A stretch of 52,982 bases of DNA from a virus (taxonomy: Duplodnaviria > Heunggongvirae > Uroviricota > Caudoviricetes): the IMG/VR virus record IMGVR_UViG_2558860288_000010; one strand, 5' to 3'. Shown here piece by piece: positions 19,859 to 30,343 of the stretch. Numbering within the stretch: the first letter of the stretch is position 1; each line of letters opens with the position of its first letter. The position numbers and the translations under genes were made by a program. The notes below the pieces were generated by a model. That model had not been told where the DNA came from. It worked only from the letters and a program-made list of their open reading frames with translations, and did no database searches.

Positions 19859-20365
19859 TCAGAGACGAACTTTTGCCGCCAGACCCGACAACATATCGAC
19901 ACCATTTACCCGACGGGAAAAGCGCTCGGTATCAATGGCAAACAGTTCACGACCATCCAGCGTCTGTCGGTAATAACTGACCGCAATATCGACCGTGATA
20001 GCATTTTCAGAAAGATTATCCTTACCCCGCGCATCCGGCGTGACAGCCTGAATAAACCCTTCAATTTCCTCAACAGTACCGCGAGCAGTACCGTTGCCGA
20101 GATACCCCTGGTAGGCCGTAAAGCGGGAACGACTGCCACTGACAAATCCAAAGCTGGCCAGCATATCCGTGTCCAGACCGTAAAATTTCACCTGACAGGT
20201 CAGTGCTTCCATCCCGTCATCCACGGGCGTGGGCGCATCCTGGGCACCAGTTCGCAGGTCAGTTTTCACGATTGTCAGCGATGGTGGCGTAAACTCATGC
20301 GCCCCCTGAATACGGATCCCCTGCCGGAAGAAAGTCCAGGCACGTAGTGTATTTTTATCGCTCAT
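19859..20365 (-). CDS. Contractile tail tube protein
   Basis: 168-aa ORF directly after the sheath gene; ATG start. Confidence 0.6.
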   Translation of the reverse strand: MSDKNTLRAWTFFRQGIRIQGAHEFTPPSLTIVKTDLRTGAQDAPTPVDDGMEALTCQVKFYGLDTDMLASFGFVSGSRSRFTAYQGYLGNGTARGTVEEIEGFIQAVTPDARGKDNLSENAITVDIAVSYYRQTLDGRELFAIDTERFSRRVNGVDMLSGLAAKVRL

Positions 20366-21831
20366 GCTGCCAGCATCTCCTCAAGCGCATAGTTATTATT
20401 CACCCGGACGCGCAAACTGATAAGTTCAGTCGGCGATTTCGGTCCAAAGTCATAGTTGATATACAGGACACCTGCCGCCATGCTCTCTGCGGTATTAAGT
20501 TCTTCATCCAGCCAGGCCCGACCGCCGAAGATGGCGCCCAGTCCGACCAGTTGTCGCATATAGGCATTAATGGTGCCGATAATGTCATCGGCATTTTCGC
20601 GATCCAGCGGACGGTCAACATACTCCAGCATGGTTTCCTGAATGCTGTCCTCGATAACATCTGCTGTACGTCGTACGGATTCAAAACGCCACTGCGGATC
20701 GGTTGCGCACAGACGGTTTCCCCAGTGTTTAAAGCCCGCACGACGGATAATGGTGGATACGTTCTGCATGTTGAGCAGGTTCGCATCGCAGTTTTCATCC
20801 CCGAGAATAAATTCGTCGATCTGCTCCACCCCGAGGATATTGTTGATGTCCTGGTTCGATTTGCTCCACCACCAGCCCTTTTCGTAGTCGATACGGGCAC
20901 GTAATCCGGCGGCAAAAGCAGAGTAAGGGCGATACACTAACTGGCCATCCGCATCGGCAGCCTGAACACGCGGTCGCAACAGTTCAGTACGGGCACCATA
21001 GGACTGACGGCGCTGTACCACCTCCTGCAACGTTGCACCGGAAGCACAGTCAACATAAGCCACCGCGCGTAATTTCCCGGCCACCGTTTCCAGGGCTTTC
21101 CCGACCGCATCGTCCTCACTAAATCCCGGCGCAATCACAATACGTGGCTGATACGTGGTAATGGATTTTGCTGATGACAGAAGCCCAATCCCTTTCAGTA
21201 TGGCTGCCCGTTTTTTTGCCCCGTCAGTTTCATCAGCCACCCGCACCACCACTGTCAGCGCATTACGCTGATCATTAATCTCTGTCAGCGCCTGTTTGAG
21301 AGTCCCCTTGTCTCCCAGACGATTAATGAGCGCGGTGCCCGCCACAGCCACAGGCGTATTTAACGGAAAAGGCTCATCTTCGCCCCCTTCCAGCTTTACA
21401 CTGAACGTTGCCAACAGCCCCTCGCCACTGCCTTCGGCCTGAACTTTGACGCCATCCAGCGCATTGACCACACTGACCACATCAGCAGGTCGCGCCGTGA
21501 TCACCCCCTGCTCATCACAGCCCAGTGTCACCGTCAGTTTGTGCGTAACGTCATCCCAGGATGCCGATGTGTTAACAGCCTGCGGGCTTTCCGTATCTGG
21601 TACCGCCGCCACCGCGTCCACCTGGATAACATTGCCAGCCCGGCCCCTCTCCTTTGCTGTGAAGTTCAGAACGTTATCCAGAATCGGCGTCCCGGTGGTG
21701 ACCGCTGCCGCACTCCCGGCAGACGACTCCGGTGCCGTGCCCACCAGACCGATAATAGCCGTCTGGATAGTGGTCACCGCCACAGTTCCCGAGGTCAGTT
21801 CAATTGTTTCAACACCATGTAACTGAGACAT
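20362..21831 (-). CDS. Contractile tail sheath protein
   Basis: About 490 aa, sheath-tube order. ATG at 21831 with GGAGAAAG RBS; the track ORF extends further upstream. Confidence 0.7.
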   Translation of the reverse strand: MSQLHGVETIELTSGTVAVTTIQTAIIGLVGTAPESSAGSAAAVTTGTPILDNVLNFTAKERGRAGNVIQVDAVAAVPDTESPQAVNTSASWDDVTHKLTVTLGCDEQGVITARPADVVSVVNALDGVKVQAEGSGEGLLATFSVKLEGGEDEPFPLNTPVAVAGTALINRLGDKGTLKQALTEINDQRNALTVVVRVADETDGAKKRAAILKGIGLLSSAKSITTYQPRIVIAPGFSEDDAVGKALETVAGKLRAVAYVDCASGATLQEVVQRRQSYGARTELLRPRVQAADADGQLVYRPYSAFAAGLRARIDYEKGWWWSKSNQDINNILGVEQIDEFILGDENCDANLLNMQNVSTIIRRAGFKHWGNRLCATDPQWRFESVRRTADVIEDSIQETMLEYVDRPLDRENADDIIGTINAYMRQLVGLGAIFGGRAWLDEELNTAESMAAGVLYINYDFGPKSPTELISLRVRVNNNYALEEMLAA

Positions 21832-21868
21832 GTCTTTCTCCAGCCATAAAAAAACCTGCCGCAGCAGG

Positions 21869-22486
21869 TCACATTTTCTGATTAGGTTTATCCGTACTCC
21901 CGCCACTGTCGCCGGGGTGGTTGTGCTCGTTAAAGATGTTGCGGATCCCGCTCATACTGCCGGTTTTGTCGGTAATTTCTGCAGAGGCACCAATATTACC
22001 CTTCACCGTCGTATCGGCGTTAATCTGCGTTTTCCCCTGTACAGTCAGGGTATCGGTGATTTCAACCGGACCATCAAGCGTACCCTTACCGGTGATTTTG
22101 TAAGTGCCTCCTTCGGTCAGGGTGATCGTCAGGGCATGAGCTGCCCGGTCATACCGGATCTCTGTGCCGTCGCTGTAACGGGTAATATGTTCGCTGTCGC
22201 TGCCCTCCGGCACGGGTAATTTCCCGGTGTTCCAGCCAGGAAACACCCGCCCGTTGTTTAACTCTCCGGCCTCCGACAACACTGTCACCGCATCACCGAC
22301 GGCATAAGGATTCGAATCAGCCCGGTTTGCGCCAGAAAAACCCTGACACAGCGGCAGCCAGGTCGTGATGATATCGCCCAGATCAACCCGGCATTTGGGG
22401 ATACCATCATGCCGGACAGAATGAATCACACCGCGTCGTACCAGATTTGCCAGTCTGCGTTGCAAATCCCCTGTAATGTCACTCAT
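21869..22486 (-). CDS. Baseplate spike protein, GpV-like
   Basis: C-terminal NEHNHPGDSGGSTDKP matches the P2 GpV signature (H.HPGDSGG.T). ATG at 22486. Confidence 0.6.
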   Translation of the reverse strand: MSDITGDLQRRLANLVRRGVIHSVRHDGIPKCRVDLGDIITTWLPLCQGFSGANRADSNPYAVGDAVTVLSEAGELNNGRVFPGWNTGKLPVPEGSDSEHITRYSDGTEIRYDRAAHALTITLTEGGTYKITGKGTLDGPVEITDTLTVQGKTQINADTTVKGNIGASAEITDKTGSMSGIRNIFNEHNHPGDSGGSTDKPNQKM

Positions 22487-23030
22487 CAGCTCCTGCCTCC
22501 AGGATAAGGTAATAGTCGTCCACATGCTGCCGCCCCGTATCCGGTGCTACTCCCAGCCAGACCTGACTCAGTGGCATAGCGGTGCGGGCGAACGGATCCA
22601 CGCCAAAAGCTGCCTCCTGGGTAAACGACACCCGCCACACCAGGTAGTCATCCATGCGAGGATCAAATTCGTCACGCTCTGCAGCAGTGAATACGGCGGG
22701 TGAAATGTGAGTCAGACCAAACTGTTGCCCGTCAATCCACTGCGTAATATCTGCTGCCGCTGTTCGCAGGAAGATTTCCGGACAACTGAGACCAGACGCG
22801 GCATCAACCACCACATAAAGATCGCACGAGAGTTCAACATTGAGTTGCCCCTCATTGCCGCCGTTCTGCTCCCAGCTGTTAATGGTGAAATACACGGCAG
22901 GCGTCACCAGCCCGGTGAAACGGGGAATATTTTTTTCAGGATAAGCTCCGGCATCACTTACCCACGTTATCTGCTTCAGCGCACTGATAACCGCATCGTG
23001 GTATCGGGCCAGAGATAAAGGTTCAGCCAT
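22479..23030 (-). CDS. Virion-associated hypothetical protein (183 aa)
   Basis: ATG start, within the head-to-tail gene block. Confidence 0.35.
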   Translation of the reverse strand: MAEPLSLARYHDAVISALKQITWVSDAGAYPEKNIPRFTGLVTPAVYFTINSWEQNGGNEGQLNVELSCDLYVVVDAASGLSCPEIFLRTAAADITQWIDGQQFGLTHISPAVFTAAERDEFDPRMDDYLVWRVSFTQEAAFGVDPFARTAMPLSQVWLGVAPDTGRQHVDDYYLILEAGADE

Positions 23031-23040
23031 TGTGATGACC

Positions 23041-23697
23041 TCATACCGATATCCTGGCTTTCACCCGCCCACGGATATCTGTTTCAAAATGGTGCATGAA
23101 AATGTCCATTGCTTCGGCAAAGGCGTTATCTTCAATGTAATTGAGCATCGGTTCATAAATATCCACCTCAGCTTCCCGGGTACGCCGGGTTTGCGGATCA
23201 CGAATAACCACCGTTCGCCGGTTCTCTCGTTTTGAGCGGGCGACTTCGCCATTTTCGAAGGTCAGTGTCGAAAGCAGACTGCCTTTAGGCGTAAACCCGG
23301 CATTTTTTACCTGTCGACGAGCTTTGATAAAACGCCCCGTGGATTTATCCCGCAGGGTATGGCGCGGGCGTAGCCGCCCGTTAATTCGCCCTTTCAGGTC
23401 TTTAACCTTAATGGCGTTGAGACCAAACCAGATCCTGAAATTATCCAGCCGGGAGCCTCTGTCGAGGCGAAAAGAGAGCAGACGGCGGCGTACCAGCCCG
23501 ATACTGCGCGGCGCCAGCCCGTCTTTCAGATCAGCCAGCGCTTTTTTGCGCAGGGTGGCAGCAGTTCGTCTGAGCGCCCGGGAGTAGGCTGCCCGAAACT
23601 GTTTTTGTGTGGCACCGATACTGTCCGCAATCTGCCAGATAGCATCCACATCAATATCGATCGGTAAATCCCGTCGCAGTCTGAATCCTCGCGCCAT
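23041..23697 (-). CDS. Virion morphogenesis / head-tail adaptor protein (putative)
   Basis: Arg/Lys-rich 218-aa ORF after the head completion gene. ATG at 23697; the track start is further upstream. Confidence 0.35.
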   Translation of the reverse strand: MARGFRLRRDLPIDIDVDAIWQIADSIGATQKQFRAAYSRALRRTAATLRKKALADLKDGLAPRSIGLVRRRLLSFRLDRGSRLDNFRIWFGLNAIKVKDLKGRINGRLRPRHTLRDKSTGRFIKARRQVKNAGFTPKGSLLSTLTFENGEVARSKRENRRTVVIRDPQTRRTREAEVDIYEPMLNYIEDNAFAEAMDIFMHHFETDIRGRVKARISV

Positions 23698-23698
23698 A

Positions 23699-24055
23699 TC
23701 AGCTCCATTGTTCAATCGGTGGCTGAACGTTTCCCGGTGCGCCATACGCCAGCGTGACACGGGTGCGCCCGGCTTCGTTCGCACCGACATGCGTTACCCG
23801 GTAGCGAATATTGTTCACCACCACCTCATCATGCCTGGACAGTCCGACAATATCCGTCGTCATCGCACTGAATGCCGGGGCGTGATTGCTGATTTCTCCG
23901 CCACCCGGAACACTGACCGGAGCATCCGGCGTTTCAAAAATCACATTCACCTGACGACATTCATTACCGATGTACAACACTGCGGGGTATGGCTGCGCAA
24001 AAAGTCGCGTTATGCGGGCCTCTGCCCGCATCAGCCGTTCATGGAAATTGCCCAT
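23699..24055 (-). CDS. Head completion / head-tail connector protein (putative)
   Basis: About 118 aa, ATG at 24055, downstream of the capsid gene. Confidence 0.35.
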   Translation of the reverse strand: MGNFHERLMRAEARITRLFAQPYPAVLYIGNECRQVNVIFETPDAPVSVPGGGEISNHAPAFSAMTTDIVGLSRHDEVVVNNIRYRVTHVGANEAGRTRVTLAYGAPGNVQPPIEQWS

Positions 24056-24384
24056 CAGTAACCGAGACGCACACACACGGTAGCATCGCTGGTTTCTGCC
24101 GCTGCCCATACGGTTCCCACCAGCGCATTGCCCGATTCTGTTGCTGTCAGCGTGGCAGTATCAGACCTGAGATATACCCGTTTTCCCTGTGTCAGTTCTT
24201 CAGCTTCTTTGGGTAATGCAAAAATCCCCGTGGTATGCAAAACACCTGAGCCATCCTGCAGAATATCCGCATGCGCCACCCCGATCAGATTGTCTTTAAC
24301 GACCAGTTCCCCGGATAAGACTGTTTTACCGCTATCGTTCACCCATTCAACGGTCGTACCGTCCTGAACATAATTTTTTGACAT
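24055..24384 (-). CDS. Small head-associated protein (109 aa)
   Basis: ATG with GGAGGT RBS, immediately after the capsid gene. Confidence 0.35.
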   Translation of the reverse strand: MSKNYVQDGTTVEWVNDSGKTVLSGELVVKDNLIGVAHADILQDGSGVLHTTGIFALPKEAEELTQGKRVYLRSDTATLTATESGNALVGTVWAAAETSDATVCVRLGY

Positions 24385-24455
24385 TTTTACCTCCGGTATA
24401 AGCGGCTCCCGACGGTGCCGCCTGAGTAAAAAAAACCGCCTGACGCGGCGGTGAA

Positions 24456-26534
24456 TTACTGTTTTTTGACTTTAACCATGCCACGCCAGTCAAGCGGTGC
24501 GACCCCGGCATCAATGCGCACTTTGAATGCGGCCCCGTCAACGGTAAAGCCCTGCTGCTGTTCCAGATACGGAGTATCGATACCGTCAAGATAAGCCACT
24601 TCAATCGTGTCACGCCCCTGTGCCGCCACCAGGTAATAATCGGTCGGGCTGCTGTCATCCAGACGGGCTTCTGACAGAACGGTGGCAAAGTTCTGGATCG
24701 GGTTAACAATGCCGCTGTTGGCATCTGCCCCCGGTACACTGGAAGATTTAATTAACTGACTTGCCCGGGATTCAATGGCAACAGGTGTCAGCATAAAGGC
24801 CGGACGAATATTCAGGCGGCGGCTACCGGACTTTTGCAGCAACATGGCTTTACGCCCTGCATCCAGTCCTTCAATGGACAGATCCGCAGTCACCAGGTTG
24901 CCGTGATCGGCATGGAACAACGGTTTACCATCAGACATTTTCGGGTTGCTGGTCAGTACGGCCCAGACAAGATCGCCCACTGTGGTACGCGCTGCTGCTC
25001 CCATTGCCATCGGAATACGGGTCAGCATATCCAGGTCATCGTTAATGATGGTCTGGCGATCAATGCTGAAGAGTTCGCCATACGTAGCCAGCGCAATGGG
25101 CTCACCGCGATCTTTAAGGGTTACATACTTATATTCAGCGCCCGGCTGAACCTGTCGCAGGGTCGGGAAAGCCTCCAGCCCCACACGGTGGGCAGTTTTA
25201 AAATCTGACAGCGTGCCCTTGCGGGTCCACTGGTCAAACGTTTCACTGGCGCTGCCCCAGCCCTGCAGTGCCGCTTTGTGAGCAACATCCATCAGGATAT
25301 TGCCAAAGTCACTGCCACTGTGGGTGAATGCCAGCCCCACCATTGCCATCGGTGCGGCATGTCCGGAAATTCCGATGCCGCGATCCACCAGTGAGGCACG
25401 CGCCAGTTCGCGTAGCGTAAAGCCGTTATAGGCATTGTCTTTTTCGGCTTCGCTGTACCCTGCGCGAGCCATCACTGCTGCACGGATGGAATCACCCACC
25501 AGATTGCCGTTTCCTGCGTAAATGTGTGCTGCTCCCGGCCCGGCACAGGGCGTGGTACCCGCCGCCAGCGCCTGCAGCAGTCGTTCACGGGCTTTTTCAG
25601 CCGAGCAGGTGAAATCGCTCAGGCATTCCGCTTTCAGCGAGGCGAATGCCGGAAATGCGTCGAACACGGCAGAGACGGCGTTCACGCGTTCCGCATTGGC
25701 AGCCTGCATCTGCTGCTGTAGCTGAGTGGCCAGCGCGGCAATATCTACGGCGCCTGGCTGCGGTGTGTCCTGAGATACCTGTGGTGCCGGAGGCTGGCTG
25801 GCCTGCAGTGGGGTAACCTGAGTTTCTGCACGCGGAGCAAAAAGAGCATTAACCTGTTCTGGCATATTCTGATAATCCTTCAGTTTATTTTGGTTCACAC
25901 AGGCCGCAGCCTGTAATTCGGGTTCGAGGGAGTCTGCAAAGCCCTTTTCCACAGCTTCAGCGCCGCTGAGCCAGGTTTCCGATTTCAGCATGGCCTCCAG
26001 CTCCTCCTGCCCCAGTCCGGTTTTATTCATGTAGGCAGACAGCATCAGCGCCTCGTTGCGATCCAGCCAGTCGGCATAATCACGCATATCATCGGAATCA
26101 CCGGCGATCCCGCCCCAGGGCTTATGCACCATAATCCAGGCGTTTTCAGGCATATGTACTGTGGCTCCGGGAAGGCAGACGATCATCGATGCCATACTGG
26201 CAGCGACACCATCCACCCAGATATCCACCTTCGCTTTCAGGCGTGACAGCGTGTTAAAGATGGCAAAGCCCTGCATCACATCACCGCCCGGGCTGTGGAT
26301 ATGCAGATCAATGGCGCTGGCCTCAAACACCCCCGCATCTTTACAGTCAGTGATAAACTGCTGCGCGGTGATGCCCCATCCACCAATCACGTCATAGAGG
26401 AAAATTTCCACCCGTCCGGTTGCCTGTGCACGGATTTCGTACCAGCACTGACCGTTTGCGGCATCGACACCCGCAAGGCTGGCGCGGGGATTAATCGTCA
26501 TCCCGCGACAGGGCGGGCTTATCATTTGCTGCAT
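24456..26534 (-). CDS. Fused head maturation protease / scaffold / major capsid protein
   Basis: N-terminal ClpP/S49-like protease region (...IHSPGGDVMQGFAIFN...), a Gln/Ala-rich linker and a C-terminal capsid-like region. Start uncertain among ATGs at 26534, 26525 and 26501. Confidence 0.6.
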   Translation of the reverse strand: MQQMISPPCRGMTINPRASLAGVDAANGQCWYEIRAQATGRVEIFLYDVIGGWGITAQQFITDCKDAGVFEASAIDLHIHSPGGDVMQGFAIFNTLSRLKAKVDIWVDGVAASMASMIVCLPGATVHMPENAWIMVHKPWGGIAGDSDDMRDYADWLDRNEALMLSAYMNKTGLGQEELEAMLKSETWLSGAEAVEKGFADSLEPELQAAACVNQNKLKDYQNMPEQVNALFAPRAETQVTPLQASQPPAPQVSQDTPQPGAVDIAALATQLQQQMQAANAERVNAVSAVFDAFPAFASLKAECLSDFTCSAEKARERLLQALAAGTTPCAGPGAAHIYAGNGNLVGDSIRAAVMARAGYSEAEKDNAYNGFTLRELARASLVDRGIGISGHAAPMAMVGLAFTHSGSDFGNILMDVAHKAALQGWGSASETFDQWTRKGTLSDFKTAHRVGLEAFPTLRQVQPGAEYKYVTLKDRGEPIALATYGELFSIDRQTIINDDLDMLTRIPMAMGAAARTTVGDLVWAVLTSNPKMSDGKPLFHADHGNLVTADLSIEGLDAGRKAMLLQKSGSRRLNIRPAFMLTPVAIESRASQLIKSSSVPGADANSGIVNPIQNFATVLSEARLDDSSPTDYYLVAAQGRDTIEVAYLDGIDTPYLEQQQGFTVDGAAFKVRIDAGVAPLDWRGMVKVKKQ

Positions 26535-28002
26535 CAGGGAGCACTCCTTTATCGTTGGCGGCGTCAGAATCGAACACCAGCCCGTTTTGTCGGTTAAATT
26601 CGGTTTCACGCATTCGCTGGCGTTTGACCTCCTGCGGTGACTGCCCTCTGGCACGGATCCACTCGGCTTCCGTTCCTGCACCACCACGAAGAATGGCCCG
26701 CCATGCTGCAGCCTCTTTGACGGGGTCAATCCACGGCATCACCGGACCAAGATAGGTCGCGTTAAAAAGCGTGGTTTTGTCGATATCAGGCGGGATATCC
26801 ATGTCAAGCAACGCCATTGCCAGCCAGGCGCGGTACACCGGACGGCTGAACTGCCCCACAAACCATTGCTGCAGGACGTTATAACCTTCGTAACTTTCCA
26901 CCAGTTCCTGACGTTGTGCGCTGTAGGTGCCGTTATAGTCACGGGCAATACTGGAATAGCTGCCGCGACTCCCGGCGGCAACCGCCCGCAGTTGCCCGTT
27001 ACGAAACTCATGGAGGTGGACGTTCGGACGGTTTGACTCAACCATGCCCAGATCTTCCCCCGGCGCCAGGTCGTCGAAAATCATGCCTGGCGCAATATCA
27101 AAGTGGCGGTACTTTTGTCCTGAGGGTTTCCAGTCTTCATCCGCCGGAAAGCTGGCGGCATCACCACGCTTGATGTAGAAGCCCAGCGCGGCAGCAATGC
27201 GGGCAGCCACACGTTCGCTCTCTTCGTAGTCCTTAATGTCACCCAGACGGCGGATCACCCCATGAAGCAGACTTATGCCACGTAACTGGTGAAGGCGTTT
27301 ACGCTGGGCAAGGTGCAGCATGTTCTCTGCCGCAATGGTTTTCAGTTCAGCGCTGAAGCGCGTCATACTGGCCGGGTGATATTTGTAAACCCGGTAACCA
27401 ACAGGACGCCCCCAGTCGTTAACGATAATGCCCTGGCGGATCTGCTGCCCCGATGTGCTGTTAAGACTGAACGGGACAAAATCAGCTTCCAGCAGTTCCA
27501 GTGAAAACGGCACTCGGGTTGCGTGCGTCAGTCCGGCAACCGGGCCCCGCACCAGCTGCGTGAACATCTCACCATCACGCAGTGCTGAACGCAGCGCCAG
27601 TCGCTCGGCTTCCGGACGGGTAAACACCCCCGTCACCTCCGGACGCACCGACCATTCCGACCAGAGTGCAGATATCTGTGCTGCAAATTCTTCATGCAGC
27701 TTACCGTCCAGACTGAGCGGTTGCGGCTCCACCTGGATCCCCTGCGCACCAATAACACGTTCTTCCAGCTTATCCAGCAGACCAATCACTATGTCATGGT
27801 CTTCATCCAGTGCCCGTGCCTGCTCACGCAGAGATACGCCAGCCACACCCACCGCAGTATCTGCCGCCCGACTCTCACGTTTTGTTTTGTTCACTCTGGA
27901 GGGGTGCGCCGCCTCGTAGGCGCGAAGAAGCATTCTGTTTCTGGCGCGCGAAACAGCCCACCCTGGCGCAATCGCGCCAAGTGCCCTGTCAAAAATGCCC
28001 AT
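26491..28002 (-). CDS. Portal protein
   Basis: 503 aa, ATG start, between the gpW-like and capsid genes. Confidence 0.75.
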   Translation of the reverse strand: MGIFDRALGAIAPGWAVSRARNRMLLRAYEAAHPSRVNKTKRESRAADTAVGVAGVSLREQARALDEDHDIVIGLLDKLEERVIGAQGIQVEPQPLSLDGKLHEEFAAQISALWSEWSVRPEVTGVFTRPEAERLALRSALRDGEMFTQLVRGPVAGLTHATRVPFSLELLEADFVPFSLNSTSGQQIRQGIIVNDWGRPVGYRVYKYHPASMTRFSAELKTIAAENMLHLAQRKRLHQLRGISLLHGVIRRLGDIKDYEESERVAARIAAALGFYIKRGDAASFPADEDWKPSGQKYRHFDIAPGMIFDDLAPGEDLGMVESNRPNVHLHEFRNGQLRAVAAGSRGSYSSIARDYNGTYSAQRQELVESYEGYNVLQQWFVGQFSRPVYRAWLAMALLDMDIPPDIDKTTLFNATYLGPVMPWIDPVKEAAAWRAILRGGAGTEAEWIRARGQSPQEVKRQRMRETEFNRQNGLVFDSDAANDKGVLPDAANDKPALSRDDD

Positions 28003-28010
28003 GAATGACC

Positions 28011-28226
28011 TTACAGAAAGTTAGCGAGTTTGAAGTTGGTGCCGCGACCGTTGACGGCCTGCCAGCGTTTTTCCCAGTATTCAAGCTCTTTACGAAGTGC
28101 GACGGGATCATGGTTGGTAATGGCGCGCCCATTCACGCCAGTAAAAGACACGCTTTTCCCGTCCAGAGAATCACGATACGCCTGGCGTACCGTGACCAGC
28201 ATCTGCTGGATTTCAGATTTCGTCAT
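28011..28226 (-). CDS. Head-tail joining protein, gpW-like
   Basis: 71-aa ORF between terminase large subunit and portal, as in lambda. ATG with GGAGG RBS. Confidence 0.5.
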   Translation of the reverse strand: MTKSEIQQMLVTVRQAYRDSLDGKSVSFTGVNGRAITNHDPVALRKELEYWEKRWQAVNGRGTNFKLANFL

Positions 28227-30340
28227 AGCCAGCCTCCGTTACCACTGACCCCCAGCCAGCCGCCAGACAGTGGGCTGGCCTGTTCGGTGACGGCAACCGG
28301 AGATGAACGAGCGGATATCGCTTTTTTCACTCCCCTCTCCCCGGGGCGTTCCCCGTCAATAATGTCCGGATTTGTGTCCTGAGATGCCGCCCAGGCAGGC
28401 GGCTGCTCCCAGTCTCGGATTTTTTCGTAACCACGCAGAATAGCGACGGCATGGGCATAGCAGAACAGGTCGAATGCTTCGTTGTTCCCTTTACCTGGCT
28501 TGCGCCATTTTCCGTCGCTGCCCCGCTCCTCATAAGTCAGCTCCTCGTAAAACCACTCACCGAGCCAGTCGGGAAAATGGATATACCCGGCCCCCGGGGT
28601 TTCACGCTCCAGATTATTGCTGAGTTGATCTTTGAGCAGATCGGTCTGCAGCAGATATACCGGTACTTCGCCGCGGGCATCAGCCCGGCGATCGCTTCGT
28701 CCGGTATTATCAGGGTGTGTTCGGGTGATCACTTTCTGGCGACGGGTACTGTCACCTTTTATCAGGTATACCCGTTTTCCCAGACCATCACGGCGGCATG
28801 TGCGCCAGAACTTATACGCATTATCCGTCACACCATCCTCACCCCCACTGTCCACAGCCATAGCCAGCACGGGCATACGGCGGGAAGGATTTGACTGGAG
28901 AGGGTATGTTTTCTCCAGCACATCCGTGATCAGCAACTGCCAGTCCTCAGGGTAAGAGCCCGGATGAATCGTCAGTGCCTCGCCGTTTTCATCACAGCGC
29001 AGGGACTGACGAATGTTATAGCGATCCACCAGCCAGCGTTCGCCGTTCTCACCGTAACCGATAATCTGCACCACAAAACGACGTTTCTTCCCGCCCTGTA
29101 CATCCACCGATGCCAGCAGAAAACGCACCTTCGGTGGTACCAGACGTTTACCGTAGTCCTCCGCCCGCTGCATCAGTACATCAGCCCTGCGCTGTTCGGT
29201 CGCCGCGCGTGGCAGATAAGGTAAGCCCCAGTCAGTGTTGATCACCGTTTTCAGTGTTTCTTCACTGCCTGTGGTTTCATAGTCCTGCTCTGCCGTCAGT
29301 AATTTGTAAACCAGCTGTGCCCAGGTCTGGTAAGCCGCGGCGGGACCTTCCATCCAGAAGGACGCGATGCGGGAACGACGGGCATCACCCGATATATTCC
29401 CGGCTTTATCAATGCTCTGACCTTCCCTGAGCCAGACGCCACGTCCGTTAAGCTCCCGCTTTTTACCAGCTGTGATCACCCCGTTACAGTGCGGGCAGAC
29501 GATATGTGCCGCTTCACTGGCTTTTACCGGATCGGCAATATCGCGGTAACCGGTCATCGCCTCCATAGCAGGCTGAAAGTACCCACCACAGTGCGGACAG
29601 GGCCAGTACCAGCGACGGCGATCACCGCGATTATATAAAGCCAGAATACCGGTAGTGGGTGGCGCTTCATGGGGTGATTTTCGTCGCCATTTGGTATTGG
29701 TGATTTCCCGCCCTGGCGAGCTCTCCACCAGGGTCATGCCCGCCGACATAAATGTGGTGGTTCGTTTTGAGGCCAGCGAAAAACCATCGCCTTCCCCGTC
29801 GATATCCTCCGGAAAACGGTCGTAATCCGTCAGTGCAACGCATTTAAAATCCGAGGATGACATGATGTTGACGGAGGGCCAGCCAATCTTGAGGTAGTTT
29901 CCGGCAAGAAACGTGCGGTCATGAACGTTGTTATCGTTACGCGACGGACTCAGCCTGCATGCCACTTCCGGGCTGACGCGAAATGTTCTGGCCAGACGTT
30001 TTTTGGAGTGTTCACGCGCTTTTTCTTCCGTCATCTGGACGATAAGCATATCCGACGGGTCACACACCACGTTGTACACCACCCAGCCGTCAATCAGCCC
30101 AATTGTTTTACCTGTTCGGGCCGGACCAACAAAAATAACAGCATCATACTCACGTGATGCCAGGCAGTTCATCGGCTCCACGACATAGGGGGCGAGTTGC
30201 GGATCCCATTCGACGGAGTTTCCGACGCCCACGGGAACCCGCATGTACTTATGAACGGCCTCGGCAACAGGCATCCGACGCGGTGCCTTTATGATCCCGG
30301 CGGTATTCTTTCTGACTTCCGCCGCCGTGGCCTGTCGCAT
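28223..30340 (-). CDS. Terminase large subunit
   Basis: 705 aa with an ATPase P-loop-like VGPARTGKT motif; ATG start. Confidence 0.8.
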   Translation of the reverse strand: MRQATAAEVRKNTAGIIKAPRRMPVAEAVHKYMRVPVGVGNSVEWDPQLAPYVVEPMNCLASREYDAVIFVGPARTGKTIGLIDGWVVYNVVCDPSDMLIVQMTEEKAREHSKKRLARTFRVSPEVACRLSPSRNDNNVHDRTFLAGNYLKIGWPSVNIMSSSDFKCVALTDYDRFPEDIDGEGDGFSLASKRTTTFMSAGMTLVESSPGREITNTKWRRKSPHEAPPTTGILALYNRGDRRRWYWPCPHCGGYFQPAMEAMTGYRDIADPVKASEAAHIVCPHCNGVITAGKKRELNGRGVWLREGQSIDKAGNISGDARRSRIASFWMEGPAAAYQTWAQLVYKLLTAEQDYETTGSEETLKTVINTDWGLPYLPRAATEQRRADVLMQRAEDYGKRLVPPKVRFLLASVDVQGGKKRRFVVQIIGYGENGERWLVDRYNIRQSLRCDENGEALTIHPGSYPEDWQLLITDVLEKTYPLQSNPSRRMPVLAMAVDSGGEDGVTDNAYKFWRTCRRDGLGKRVYLIKGDSTRRQKVITRTHPDNTGRSDRRADARGEVPVYLLQTDLLKDQLSNNLERETPGAGYIHFPDWLGEWFYEELTYEERGSDGKWRKPGKGNNEAFDLFCYAHAVAILRGYEKIRDWEQPPAWAASQDTNPDIIDGERPGERGVKKAISARSSPVAVTEQASPLSGGWLGVSGNGGWL

Positions 30341-30343
30341 GGC

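Noticed and set aside
20400-21134. Overlapping ORFs of 171 and 65 aa on the minus strand and 185 aa on the plus strand within the sheath gene
   Set aside because: Alternative frames of the sheath coding region, with no independent start signals.
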